In this document: in pieces, positions 1 through 10,112 of the stretch
Position numbering within the stretch: the stretch's first letter is position 1
Layout of the letters: each line of letters opens with the position of its first letter
NCBI GenBank assembly: GCA_964492775.1
Contig: CAZBLH010000002.1
Coordinates: 1 to 60,614, forward strand
Direction of reading: 5' to 3'
Length of the DNA stretch: 60,614 bases
Source: an uncultured Eubacteriales bacterium
GTDB lineage: Bacteria; Actinomycetota; Coriobacteriia; Anaerosomatales; PHET01
Position numbers and translations under genes: made by a program
Notes under the pieces: generated by a model
Databases searched by the model: none
Seen by the model: only the letters and a program-made list of their open reading frames with translations
Told to the model about the DNA's origin: nothing

Positions 1-1
1 T

Positions 2-964
2 CTCGGCATCCTGAAGATCCATACGCGGGGGAAGCCGCTGTCCGATGACATCGATCTCGAGGTGCTTGCGCGGCGCACGCCGGGATTCACCGGCGCCGAC
101 CTCGCAAACCTGGTGAACGAGGCTGCCCTTCTGGCCGCGCGCCACGGTAAGAAGCGTATCGACATGACCGAGCTCGATGAGTCGATCGAGCGCGTCATAT
201 CCGGTCCGGAGCGCAAGAGCCGCATCATCTCCGATGAGGAGAAGCGCGTCATCGCGTACCACGAGGCTGGTCACGCGCTGGTCGGCCACGTGTTACCGCA
301 CACCGACCCCATCCACAAAATCTCAATCATCGCGCGTGGCCAGGCCCTCGGCTACACGCTCGCGCTGCCGAGCGAGGACCGATTCCTGACATCGAAGGCT
401 CAGATGTCAGACCAGATCGCCATGATGCTCGGTGGACGGGTTGCCGAGGAGGTCGCCATCGGTGACATCACCACAGGCGCCTCCAACGACATAGAGCGTG
501 CCACGAAACTCGCCAAGCAGATGGTGACCCGCTTCGGCATGAGCGAGAAGCTGGGCCCGCAGACGTTCGGCGATGCGAATCACGAGGTGTTCTTGGGCCG
601 GGACTTCTCGGCGAACGCTGACTACTCGCCTGAGATCGCCTTCGAGATCGATAAGGAGGTCAGGCGCCTGATCGACGAGGGCTACGAGAAGGCGCGGACG
701 ATCCTCACGGAGCGCAAGGAGCAGCTCGACTTGATGGTAGAAGTTCTCGTCGAGCGTGAGACCGTCGATCAGGAGGAGCTCGCCGCGCTGCTTGACAACC
801 GTTGGGAGGAGTACCTGGAGCAGGAGAAGGCTGCTGCCCAGGCGCAGACTCCTGCTGAGACGGACGAGACCGGCGATGAGCCGGTCGAGGCGGCTGAGCC
901 TGAGGTCGCCGAGCGGATCGCGTCCGAAGCGCCGCCCTCGGCACCACCCGTCCTGGGAGCGTGA
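2..964 (+). CDS. ftsH: ATP-dependent zinc metalloprotease FtsH, C-terminal part (gene begins upstream of window)
   Basis: TPGFTGADLANLVNEAAL AAA lid, zinc motif AYHEAGHA, GASNDIERAT (peptidase M41); frame is open back to position 2. Confidence 0.97.
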   Translation, partial: LGILKIHTRGKPLSDDIDLEVLARRTPGFTGADLANLVNEAALLAARHGKKRIDMTELDESIERVISGPERKSRIISDEEKRVIAYHEAGHALVGHVLPHTDPIHKISIIARGQALGYTLALPSEDRFLTSKAQMSDQIAMMLGGRVAEEVAIGDITTGASNDIERATKLAKQMVTRFGMSEKLGPQTFGDANHEVFLGRDFSANADYSPEIAFEIDKEVRRLIDEGYEKARTILTERKEQLDLMVEVLVERETVDQEELAALLDNRWEEYLEQEKAAAQAQTPAETDETGDEPVEAAEPEVAERIASEAPPSAPPVLGA

Positions 965-1043
965 GTTGCGCCCGATGGTGGCGCGAGCCTGGTGCAGGCG
1001 TGGCTGGCCACCCAGGGCGGCTGCGTTCGGCTTGTGAGACAGT

Positions 1044-1071
1044 CCTGGCCTGGCGCGTCTGCCAGGCCAGG
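1044..1071 (+). terminator. GC-rich hairpin downstream of ftsH (possible terminator/stabiliser)
   Basis: Perfect 11-bp inverted repeat CCTGGCCTGGC-N6-GCCAGGCCAGG; no clear U tract. Confidence 0.4.
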
Positions 1072-1222
1072 TGTCGTTCAAGGTGAGTACTCGGCCGTGC
1101 GGTCGGGGACGGATGCGTCGGCTCGGAGAAACGCGAGGTCAAGCCGCGCGTGGCCGGAGCCGATTTAGGAAGGTAACGACCCGAGCCAAGAATGGGCTCA
1201 GGCGCGAGAAGACGGGGGATCC

Positions 1223-2446
1223 GTGAAGCCTTCCATGCCTGCAGGAGATGGGGCCGGGCGCGGCGTCGCGCCGCGACCTCGGCGTGCGCGGAGCGAACAG
1301 CTCATCCGGCGCGTGCAGACGGTCTTCGGCCCGAAGCGCCCAGAGTCGCAGGCTGAACTCATTGAGGTCCTCAACGAGGTGGCCGACGCTATCTCAACTG
1401 CAGTGCGCGTGGGCGAAGTGCTGGACATCATTATCGAGCGCGTGAAGCGTATCAGCGGGACCGACAAGGCCGTGCTCGTGCTCACCGAGGAGCATGGTGA
1501 AGGGCTCGATGTCGGTACCATCATCGTCCGCGGCCGTCGCGATCAGCACGCGCAGCAGTGGTGGGAGACACGCATCAACGACATCGCCACGCGGCGGTTC
1601 CTCACACCCGATCCCATCGTGGAGATGCACCAGGATCACAACGCGATCCTCGTGTGCAGCCCCATCCTCGTGAAGAACGGCCCAATCGGCTTCATCGTCG
1701 CGATCAACGAGCTCGACCGCCCCTTCAACCGCCAGCAGATCGACTTCCTTGCGATCGTGTCGGCATTCGCGTCCTCGGCGATCGAAAACGCCAAGCTCAC
1801 CGAGCAGGTTCAGAACGTGCTGCTCGCCAGCGAGCGAGATCGTATCGCCCGCGCGATGCACGACGGGGTCGTGCAGTCGCTGTTTTCGATCTCATTGGGT
1901 CTCGAGGTGTGCAAGAAGCAGACGCGTACCGACCCTGACGGCGTCGCCCAGCGATTAGATGAGCTTCAGCGGCACCTGAATCTTTCGATGGCCGAGCTCC
2001 GTCGTTTCATCTACGACCTGCGGCCTGCGGGCCTGACCGAACTGGGGCTGGTTGGTGCCACGGAGTTCTGGCTTCGCGAAATCACTGTGGGCCGTCCGGT
2101 CGCCGGTCGGCTTGAGGTGAGCGGCGCACAACCGAGCCTCTCGCCTTCGGTGGAGACCTGCTTGTATCGTGTCACGAAGGAGGCAGTGAGCAACGTCGTC
2201 AAGCACGCAAGCGCTACCGAGTTCACGGTGCGTTTCCACTTCTCGGCAGACGTGGCGCGCGTAGAGATCGAGGACGACGGGGTCGGGTTCGACACCTCCA
2301 AGGTGTTCAACGGCAGCCTGGAGCAGATAGGACTGAGATCGATCAAGCAGCGCGTGGAGCATGAGAATGGCACGTTGAGGATAGAAAGCGCGCGGGGGAA
2401 GGGAACCAAGGTCACGGTGGAGTTGAGATTGAGGGGAGACCGATGA
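1223..2446 (+). CDS. Soluble GAF-domain sensor histidine kinase (HisKA_3/NarX-DosS class); start uncertain
   Basis: GAF-like N-terminus, ERDRIARAMHDGVVQSL H-box, EAVSNVVKHA N-box, DDGVGFD and GKGTKV G-boxes; no TM helix evident. Confidence 0.9.
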   Translation: MKPSMPAGDGAGRGVAPRPRRARSEQLIRRVQTVFGPKRPESQAELIEVLNEVADAISTAVRVGEVLDIIIERVKRISGTDKAVLVLTEEHGEGLDVGTIIVRGRRDQHAQQWWETRINDIATRRFLTPDPIVEMHQDHNAILVCSPILVKNGPIGFIVAINELDRPFNRQQIDFLAIVSAFASSAIENAKLTEQVQNVLLASERDRIARAMHDGVVQSLFSISLGLEVCKKQTRTDPDGVAQRLDELQRHLNLSMAELRRFIYDLRPAGLTELGLVGATEFWLREITVGRPVAGRLEVSGAQPSLSPSVETCLYRVTKEAVSNVVKHASATEFTVRFHFSADVARVEIEDDGVGFDTSKVFNGSLEQIGLRSIKQRVEHENGTLRIESARGKGTKVTVELRLRGDR

Positions 2447-3087
2447 CAAAGACCAGGATCGTCCTTGCCGACGATCATGAGCTTGTGCGCTACGCGATGC
2501 GCACGGTCATCGAGGCGGAGGAGGATCTCGAGGTTGTAGGCGAGGCGTCCAACGGCGAAGAGGCGATCGTGGCGTGTGAGCAGCTCCTGCCCGATGTCCT
2601 CGTGCTAGACCTCCGCATGCCGGGCATGGGCGGCGTTGAGGTCGCCCGCAACGTACGAGAGCGGCACAAGTCAGTCAACGTCCTCGTGCTGACGAGCTTC
2701 GACGAGGACGAGGAGCTCTTCGGGGTGCTGGCGGCGGGAGCCTGCGGGTACCTGCTCAAAGACTCGCGTCCCGAGCGCATCGTGCACGCCATCCGAGCCG
2801 TGGCTGAGGGCCAAGCGGTCTTCGACTCGGCTGTGGCGGGGCGCATCATCAAAGGTCCGACCCAGAATGGTGACGATCTTTCCGATCCGCTTTCCGAGCG
2901 CGAGATGGAGGTGCTCCAGCTGATGGCGAAGGGCATGTCCAACAAGGAGATTGGCAGGGCGCTCTGGATCAGTGAGACAACCGTGAAGACCCATGTGAGC
3001 CACATCCTGCGAAAGCTCGGCCAGTCAGACCGGACCCAGGCGGTACTCGCAGCCGTCAAGAGCGGGCTTGTTCGACTCAGCCACTGA
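2443..3087 (+). CDS. NarL/LuxR-family response regulator
   Basis: LADDH...LDLRMP receiver, LSEREMEVL...SNKEI...TVKTHV LuxR HTH; ATGA overlap with the kinase. Confidence 0.95.
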   Translation: MTKTRIVLADDHELVRYAMRTVIEAEEDLEVVGEASNGEEAIVACEQLLPDVLVLDLRMPGMGGVEVARNVRERHKSVNVLVLTSFDEDEELFGVLAAGACGYLLKDSRPERIVHAIRAVAEGQAVFDSAVAGRIIKGPTQNGDDLSDPLSEREMEVLQLMAKGMSNKEIGRALWISETTVKTHVSHILRKLGQSDRTQAVLAAVKSGLVRLSH

Positions 3088-3218
3088 GCCTGAGCGTCCG
3101 TGGGCGCCGTCGGGGCCATCCGCCGACGCTCCCAATCGCGTAGACTCATCCGCATGTGATGACTCGACTCCGTCAGCGAGGCGCGACTTCTCGCTCGTGA
3201 ACATGTGTGAGGTTTAGC

Positions 3219-3791
3219 GTGGACAGAGAGAAGATCGAATCAGGCGTACGTCTTATCCTCGAGGGAATCGGCGAGGATTCCAGCCGAGAGGGCCTGGCGA
3301 ACACGCCTGCTCGCGTGGCCGACATGTACGAGGAGGTATTTTCGGGAATCGATCAGGATCCCGCCGAGCATTTCTGCGTGCTCTTCGATGAAGGTCACCA
3401 GGAGATGGTGCTGGTTCGCGATATCCCGCTCTACTCGGTCTGCGAGCACCACCTCGTGCCGTTCATGGGCCGAGCCCACGTCGCCTACATCCCGGGAGAA
3501 TCGGGTAGGATCTGCGGCCTGTCCAAGCTTGCGCGCGTCGTCGACGTGTTCGCCAAGCGCCCGCAGGTCCAAGAGCGCATGACCTCGCAGATCGCCGACA
3601 CCATCGTCGAGCACCTGGCCCCGGCCGGAGTCGTAGTCGTCATCGAGGCCGAGCACCTGTGCATGTCCATGCGAGGGGTGCGCAAGCCCGGTACGCAGAC
3701 GGTGACCTCGGCGGTCCGCGGCATCTTCAAGTCCGACGCCCGCACGCGCGCGGAGGCCATGGCGCTCATCACGGGAGGCTCGCGCCGATGA
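3219..3791 (+). CDS. folE: GTP cyclohydrolase I
   Basis: [30 protein letters not shown]; GTG start at 3219 after GAGG. Confidence 0.97.
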   Translation: MDREKIESGVRLILEGIGEDSSREGLANTPARVADMYEEVFSGIDQDPAEHFCVLFDEGHQEMVLVRDIPLYSVCEHHLVPFMGRAHVAYIPGESGRICGLSKLARVVDVFAKRPQVQERMTSQIADTIVEHLAPAGVVVVIEAEHLCMSMRGVRKPGTQTVTSAVRGIFKSDARTRAEAMALITGGSRR

Positions 3792-4684
3792 GCGCGGCGG
3801 ACACGCGAAGCGTGAACGAACAGCGCGTCGGGCCCACCCGGCCGCGGCCCGCCACGTGGCGGTGTGGCCGCTTCGAGATTCCTCTGACCGAACCACTCGT
3901 GATGGGCGTGGTCAACGTCACACCCGACTCCTTCTCGGACGGCGGCGAGTACGACGATCCAGCCGCGGCGGTTGCGCACGCCGAGCGACTGGTGGCCCAA
4001 GGCGCTCACATACTCGATGTGGGCGGGGAGTCCACGCGCCCCGGCTCGGCGCAGGTTGCTGCGAGCGAGGAGCTGTCACGCGTCCGTCCCGTCGTCGCGC
4101 GGCTCGCAACCGACGAGGTCCCGGTGTCGATCGACACGCGGCACCCAGAGGTCGCGGCCCGCTGCGTCGAGGCCGGCGCCTCGATCATCAATGACGTTAC
4201 CGGTTTCCGTGATCCGGAGATGATCCGCGTCGCGCTGGCTACGGACGCCGGCCTGGTCGTGATGCACATGCTTGGCACTCCGGAGACGATGCAGGCCGAC
4301 CCGCGCTACGGAGACGTGGTCGCCGAGGTTGGCGGGTTCCTGCTGGCGCAGGCTGCTGTACTCGAGGCCGCCGGAGTAGCCCGCGAGCGGATCGCGATCG
4401 ACCCCGGTATTGGCTTTGGCAAGACGCTCGCGCACAATCTCGCGCTGCTCGCCGCCATCCCCGAACTCATGGGGTACGGCTACCCAGTTCTCATCGGCGC
4501 TTCGCGTAAGCGCTTCATCGGGGAGATTACCGGCGAGAGTCAGGCCAAGCTCCGGTTGGGCGGCTCGGTTGGCGCGGCCCTTGAGGCCGTGCGACTCGGC
4601 GCATCCGTCGTCCGCGTACACGATGTTGCCGAGACGGTCCAAGCGCTGAAGGTCTCCTCGGCGATTCGGGAATACCTCGATTAG
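3788..4684 (+). CDS. folP: Dihydropteroate synthase
   Basis: [37 protein letters not shown]; ATGA overlap with folE. Confidence 0.97.
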   Translation: MSAADTRSVNEQRVGPTRPRPATWRCGRFEIPLTEPLVMGVVNVTPDSFSDGGEYDDPAAAVAHAERLVAQGAHILDVGGESTRPGSAQVAASEELSRVRPVVARLATDEVPVSIDTRHPEVAARCVEAGASIINDVTGFRDPEMIRVALATDAGLVVMHMLGTPETMQADPRYGDVVAEVGGFLLAQAAVLEAAGVARERIAIDPGIGFGKTLAHNLALLAAIPELMGYGYPVLIGASRKRFIGEITGESQAKLRLGGSVGAALEAVRLGASVVRVHDVAETVQALKVSSAIREYLD

Positions 4685-4752
4685 GCGCTCTTGCGGCGCC
4701 GTGCGCGGGCGACGCCTGCCGCATCAGGCTCGGATCGAGGAGGGCGAAGGCG

Positions 4753-5544
4753 ATGACCACCGCCTACATAGCACTGGGGAGCAATCTGGGGGACCGGCTC
4801 GGCAGTCTATCGCGGGCGGTCGACGCGATCGCGCACCTTCCGAGCACGCATGTCGATGCGGTCTCGCATGCGTACGAGTCTCTGCCTGCCTACCTGACCG
4901 AGCAGCCGCCGTACCTCAACGCGGTGATCCGCGTCGACACCTCACTTCCTGCAGACGTCCTGCTCTCGTCGTTGCAGCGGCTGGAGGACGAGATGGGACG
5001 TGTGCGCCAGGAGCCGAACGGTGCGCGCACTATCGACCTCGATATCCTGCTTTATGGCGCGGAGGAGTGGCAGACGGAGGCACTCGTCATCCCTCACCCG
5101 AGGCTGCTCGAACGCGACTTCGTGGTGACGCCGCTCTACGAGATCGCACCGGGTATCACCCTGCCCGATGGAACGCCGATAGCCAAGCGCGATGAGCTCG
5201 AGGGTCCGATCGTTCGCGACTACGGGCGTGTGCCCGACGCCGGGCTCTCCCATAACATGCCGATTGAGCCGACCGAGTGGGTCGCGGTGGCCGAGGGGAC
5301 GGGGCCGCAGACCGCGCTCGGCGGGTTCGACGCCGGGTTGATGCTCAAGCGTCAAGTGCTTGCGCAAGAAGGCATCCCGCATGCGTTCGAGCCATTCGAG
5401 CCCGGGCTGACCGTCGATTTTCTCGGCAGGCCTGAGGTCTTCCGGCTCGTGGTGCCCGAGGAGTTCGCTCAGCGCGCCGTCAAGCTCCTGGATGAGATCG
5501 AGGATGCGTCCGAGCTGGCGGAGGAAGACGCGCTGGAAACGTGA
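4753..5544 (+). CDS. folK: HPPK with an extra ~95-aa C-terminal domain
   Basis: YIALGSNLGD, RTIDLDIL, IPHPRLLERDFV. Confidence 0.95.
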   Translation: MTTAYIALGSNLGDRLGSLSRAVDAIAHLPSTHVDAVSHAYESLPAYLTEQPPYLNAVIRVDTSLPADVLLSSLQRLEDEMGRVRQEPNGARTIDLDILLYGAEEWQTEALVIPHPRLLERDFVVTPLYEIAPGITLPDGTPIAKRDELEGPIVRDYGRVPDAGLSHNMPIEPTEWVAVAEGTGPQTALGGFDAGLMLKRQVLAQEGIPHAFEPFEPGLTVDFLGRPEVFRLVVPEEFAQRAVKLLDEIEDASELAEEDALET

Positions 5545-5661
5545 TGGTCCCGGATGGGTAACACCCACGTCTAGTGGGGTATACTCGCTGCTCTGGTCGG
5601 TAGGCGCCGCGTGGACCCTCGCTTCGGGCTGCGACGGCGTACCGTGAAAAAGGAGGCTCAC

Positions 5662-6549
5662 GTGAGCGCGCCCTCATCCCAGCCCCAACCCCGTGTAACG
5701 GCCCGATCGTTTGCCGCACTCAAGGGCGAGCGACCGATCACCATGCTTACCGCCTACGACTACCCTATGGCGCGCTGTGCCGAAGCTGCGGGCGTCGATG
5801 CGGTGCTCGTCGGCGACTCGCTCGGCATGGTGGTGCTCGGGCACGATTCCACGCTTCCTGTCACCGTCGATGACATCGTGCGGCACTCCTCGGCAGTGTC
5901 ACGCGCTTGCGAGCGAGCGCTCGTGGTCGCTGATATGCCGTTCATGAGCTACCAGGCTGACTTGGCGGAAGGCATGAGGAACGCCGGTCGGCTAATCGTC
6001 GAAGGCGGTGCTCAGGCCGTCAAAGTCGAGGGAGCCTCACGCCCCGTTCTCGCGCTCGTGCGCCAGCTTGTCGACTCCGGAGTCCCCGTCATGGGGCACC
6101 TCGGGCTCACCCCGCAGTCCGTCAACGTGCTCGGCGGCTACCGGACTCAGGCCAAAGGCGTCGCAGAGGCCGCAAAGCTGCTGGCGGACGCGGTCGAGCT
6201 CACCCGCGCCGGTGTCTTCGCGATCGTGCTCGAGCTCATCGGCGCCGAGCTCGCCGAGCGCGTGAGTGCGCTTGTGGGTGTGCCCACGATCGGCATCGGA
6301 GCGGGCGCCGGATGCGACGGCCAGGTGCAGGTCGCTCACGACGTTCTCGGCTTCGGGGAGTTCGTCCCTCGCCACGCAAGGCGCTACGCCGACATTTCCG
6401 ATGACATCGCCCGTGCGTTTTCGCACTGGGTGGACGATGTGCGCGAGGGTGCGTTTCCTGCCGAAGAGAACTTCACGCACGTGGAAGCGGAGGTCGTCAC
6501 GGCCGCCGAGATCCTCTTCGCGCGTCAGGACGAGGAACCGAGCGCATGA
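5662..6549 (+). CDS. panB: 3-methyl-2-oxobutanoate hydroxymethyltransferase
   Basis: MLTAYD, LVGDSLGM, ADMPF, GHLGLTPQ, IGIGAG; GTG start after AGGAGG. Confidence 0.97.
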   Translation: MSAPSSQPQPRVTARSFAALKGERPITMLTAYDYPMARCAEAAGVDAVLVGDSLGMVVLGHDSTLPVTVDDIVRHSSAVSRACERALVVADMPFMSYQADLAEGMRNAGRLIVEGGAQAVKVEGASRPVLALVRQLVDSGVPVMGHLGLTPQSVNVLGGYRTQAKGVAEAAKLLADAVELTRAGVFAIVLELIGAELAERVSALVGVPTIGIGAGAGCDGQVQVAHDVLGFGEFVPRHARRYADISDDIARAFSHWVDDVREGAFPAEENFTHVEAEVVTAAEILFARQDEEPSA

Positions 6550-7409
6550 TCGAGCGAATCTCGAGCAAGAATGAGGTTCGGACAGCGGTCGCCGAAGCTC
6601 GCCGAGAAGGGCGGCGCATCGGGTTCGTGCCGACGATGGGAGCGCTGCACGAGGGGCACCTCTCGCTCGTGAGGGCCGCGCGCGCCCGAGCCGATTTCGT
6701 CGTGGTTTCGATCTTCGTGAACCCGCTGCAGTTCGGTGAAGGGGAAGACTTGGAGGCGTATCCGCGTAGGCTGGATGAGGACCTCTCCCTTCTGGACGCC
6801 GAGGAGGTCGAGCTCGCCTTCGCCCCCTCGGCCGAGGTCATGTACGCCCCTGACGCGCAGGTCACGGTCGAGCCGGGTGCTCTCGCTCGGCGATGGGAGG
6901 GCGAGTCACGGCCCGGGCACTTCACCGGCGTGGCAACCGTCGTCACTAAGCTCCTGAACATCGTCTCGCCCGATCTCGCGTTCTTCGGCGAGAAGGACTA
7001 CCAGCAGCTGCAGGTGATCCGTAAGGTCGTGGCCGATCTCGACATCGGCGTGGGCATCGTCGGTGTCCCAACGGTGCGAGACGCTGACGGGCTCGCGCTT
7101 TCGAGCCGCAACGCTTACCTGACTCCGGATGAGCGCGCGGACGCCCGAGCTTTGCCGCGTGCCCTCGACGCTGCAGCCGGAGCGCTTGCCGCTGGCGAGC
7201 GGGATGCGCGCGCCCTCGAGGCCGTGATGCGCAATACGATCGCCGAGGCGAGTGAGGACCGTGTCGCCCTCGACTACGCTGCCGTCACCGATTCTGCGAC
7301 GCTCGAACCGATGGAGCGAGTGGACTCTCCCGCCCGAGCGCTCCTCGCCGCGCGTGTCGGGAGCACGCGACTCATCGACAACCGCGAACTGAGGCCTGCT
7401 AATGAGTGA
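6546..7409 (+). CDS. panC: Pantoate-beta-alanine ligase
   Basis: VPTMGALHEGH, FGEKDYQQ, GLALSSRN, RLIDN. Confidence 0.97.
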   Translation: MIERISSKNEVRTAVAEARREGRRIGFVPTMGALHEGHLSLVRAARARADFVVVSIFVNPLQFGEGEDLEAYPRRLDEDLSLLDAEEVELAFAPSAEVMYAPDAQVTVEPGALARRWEGESRPGHFTGVATVVTKLLNIVSPDLAFFGEKDYQQLQVIRKVVADLDIGVGIVGVPTVRDADGLALSSRNAYLTPDERADARALPRALDAAAGALAAGERDARALEAVMRNTIAEASEDRVALDYAAVTDSATLEPMERVDSPARALLAARVGSTRLIDNRELRPANE

Positions 7410-8367
7410 GATCAACTTGGAGAAGTCAAGTCAGGGGCTGTCTGCCGAGCGGGCCGCTCGAGAGGCGGAGCTAGCCGCCGAGATACGCGCTCTCGCTGCT
7501 GAGCGGGACGCCGTGATCCTAGCGCACAACTACCAGCGCGCGGAGGTGCAGGACGTCGCCGACTTCGTGGGCGACTCCCTCGGTCTTTCTCGGCAGGCAG
7601 CCGCCACCGACGCGAGCGTGATCGTGTTCGCGGGTGTGCACTTCATGGCCGAGACAGCCAAGCTTCTTGCCCCAGACAAGCGCGTGTGGCTTCCGGAGAC
7701 CCGGGCGGGTTGCCCGATGGCCGACATGGTCACGGGCGCCGCGCTCGCCGAGTGGAAGGCCGCTCATCCCGGAGTGCCCGTCGTCACCTACGTGAACTCC
7801 TCGGCGGAGGTCAAAGCCGAATCCGATGTCTGCGTGACGAGTGCCAATGCCGTGGCGGTCGTGCGGGCTCTCGGCGAGAAGCGCATCCTCTTCGCCCCCG
7901 ACCGCAACTTGGGGTCGTGGGTCGCGCGATCACTCCCTGACGTCGAGGTCGAGCTATGGGCGGGCTGGTGCCCTACGCATGATGAGGTGACCGTGGAGCA
8001 GGTGCAGGCTGCGCGAGAGGCACACCCGGGCGCGCTCGTGATGGCGCACCCCGAGTGCCGGCCCGAGGTCGTGGACCTCGCCGACGCCGTACTCTCGACC
8101 TCCCAGATGCTGCGTTTCGCCGCCGAGTCCGCTTCGGAGGAGTTCGTGGTTGTCACTGAGTCGGGCCTGCTTCACGCGCTCGAAAACGCGGCGCCCGCCA
8201 AGCGGTTCTTCGAGCTTGCTCCCAGGATGCTCTGCCCGAACATGAAGCTGACGACACTCGCGAAGGTGCGCGATGCCCTCGCGCTCGGCCAGCACGAGAT
8301 CGACGTCCCCAGTGAGATCGCTAAGAGCGCGCGCCGAGCCGTCGAGCGCATGGTTGCGATCGGCTGA
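7402..8367 (+). CDS. nadA: Quinolinate synthase
   Basis: LAHNYQ, GVHFMAET, GCPMAD, YVNSSA, AHPEC, CPNMK. Confidence 0.96.
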   Translation: MSEINLEKSSQGLSAERAAREAELAAEIRALAAERDAVILAHNYQRAEVQDVADFVGDSLGLSRQAAATDASVIVFAGVHFMAETAKLLAPDKRVWLPETRAGCPMADMVTGAALAEWKAAHPGVPVVTYVNSSAEVKAESDVCVTSANAVAVVRALGEKRILFAPDRNLGSWVARSLPDVEVELWAGWCPTHDEVTVEQVQAAREAHPGALVMAHPECRPEVVDLADAVLSTSQMLRFAAESASEEFVVVTESGLLHALENAAPAKRFFELAPRMLCPNMKLTTLAKVRDALALGQHEIDVPSEIAKSARRAVERMVAIG

Positions 8368-8381
8368 CCCGGGTTGCCTCG

Positions 8382-10112
8382 ATGAGCGACAGTCTGGTGC
8401 CTGGTCCGGTCTTTGAGCGACGCTGGCTCACAACGGTCGACGTGTCTTTGCTTCCGGTCTCCGAGGTCGACGTGCTCGTCGTCGGCAGCGGGATCGCTGG
8501 GCTGACGGCCGCGCTCATGGCCGCCACTCGCCACAGTGTTGCCCTGGTCACCAAGGGAAGACTGACCGAGGCCAACACGTGGTACGCCCAGGGGGGTATC
8601 GCTGGCGCGGTTGGCGAGGCTGACTCGGTAGAGCTCCACCTGGCCGACACGCTTGTCGTAGGGCAGGGCATCTGCGATGAGGCCGTGGTGAGAGCGGTTG
8701 TCGCCGAGGCGCCCGAGGCCCTGGCGGATCTCGGCAGGCTCGGCATGCGTTTCGACCGGGCGGCGGACGGCGCGGTAGCGCTCGCGCGCGAGGGCGGCCA
8801 CTCGCTCCCCCGCGTCCTGCATTCGGGCGACAAGACGGGTGCGGCGGTGCAGCAGGCGCTCACGGAAACGCTCGCCTCCGACCCTTCGATCTCGGTGCTG
8901 GAGCGTGGCTTTCTCGTGGACCTCCTGACCGACGAGGGCGGAACCTGTCGAGGCGCCCTCGTCTTCAACGGCGCAACGCGGGCTCTTGCCGTGATCGCGG
9001 CCGGTGCGGTCGTGCTTGCGACCGGGGGGGCCGGACAGGTCTTCCCGGTAACCACAAACCCTCAGATCGCTACAGGGGACGGGGTGGCCGCTGCCTGGCG
9101 CGCAGGCGCGGAAGTGAGCGATTTCGAGTTCGTCCAGTTCCACCCGACCGCGCTCGACCACCACGCAGCCCCCCGGTTCCTCGTGAGCGAGGCCCTGCGA
9201 GGCGAGGGCGCGTGGCTGCTCGACTGCGATTTCGAGCGCTTCATGCCGGACGTTCACCCGCTCGCCGAGCTCGCCCCGCGCGATGTGGTCAGCCGCGAGA
9301 TAGAACGAGTGATGACGCGGTGCGGCCGCACGAACGTCTGGCTCGATGCGCGCCATCTGGGCGAGGAGTACCTGAAGTCACGCTTCCCCACGATATGGAA
9401 GTCCACTCTCGCGGCCGGCTACGACCTCTCGCGGGACCTGGTGCCGGTGGCACCGGCGGCTCACTACATGGTCGGCGGCGTCCGAGTGACCGTCGATGGC
9501 AGGACCTCGGTACCGGGCCTGTTCGCGACCGGCGAGTGCGCTGCGACCGGCTTGCACGGCGCCAACCGCCTTGCCTCGAACTCGCTGCTGGAAGGGCTCG
9601 TGTTCTCTCGGCGGATCGCCCGCGCGCTCGCTGAGGAGCCGCCGCGCCCGGACGCGGGGGCGCTGGCGCTCATGCGGACCACTGGATCGGAATCGACTGC
9701 AGGCGAGGCGGGAACGCCGCCGCGGATGTGGCCGACAGATGCCATCAGTCTGCTGCACGAGGCCACGCGCGCTCACCTCGGCATGACGAGAACGGCCGAA
9801 GGGACGGCTGCGGCGCTTGCGGGTATCACGGCTGCAGCAGAATCGCTCGGCGAGCCTGATGGGCCCGATGGGTTCGAGGCGGTGAACCTGCTCACGGTCG
9901 GCGCCCTGATCGCAGCGGCTGCGCACGAAAGAGCCGAAACACGCGGCTGCCACTCTCGGCTAGACTACCCTGAGCGCGACGACGCGCACTGGCTGGGCCA
10001 CACGCACTGGCGCGCTGGCGATTCCGTGCGGTTCGAGCCGGTCGGTTCGTCGGAGGGACGTGGACCGGAGCAGAAGCGAGACGGCGAGGAGGGGCGTGCT
10101 CGGACTTCCTGA
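8382..10112 (+). CDS. nadB: L-aspartate oxidase
   Basis: GSGIAG, YAQGGIA, REGGHS, QFHPT, GLHGANRLASNSLLEG; lies between nadA and nadC. Confidence 0.95.
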   Translation: MSDSLVPGPVFERRWLTTVDVSLLPVSEVDVLVVGSGIAGLTAALMAATRHSVALVTKGRLTEANTWYAQGGIAGAVGEADSVELHLADTLVVGQGICDEAVVRAVVAEAPEALADLGRLGMRFDRAADGAVALAREGGHSLPRVLHSGDKTGAAVQQALTETLASDPSISVLERGFLVDLLTDEGGTCRGALVFNGATRALAVIAAGAVVLATGGAGQVFPVTTNPQIATGDGVAAAWRAGAEVSDFEFVQFHPTALDHHAAPRFLVSEALRGEGAWLLDCDFERFMPDVHPLAELAPRDVVSREIERVMTRCGRTNVWLDARHLGEEYLKSRFPTIWKSTLAAGYDLSRDLVPVAPAAHYMVGGVRVTVDGRTSVPGLFATGECAATGLHGANRLASNSLLEGLVFSRRIARALAEEPPRPDAGALALMRTTGSESTAGEAGTPPRMWPTDAISLLHEATRAHLGMTRTAEGTAAALAGITAAAESLGEPDGPDGFEAVNLLTVGALIAAAAHERAETRGCHSRLDYPERDDAHWLGHTHWRAGDSVRFEPVGSSEGRGPEQKRDGEEGRARTS

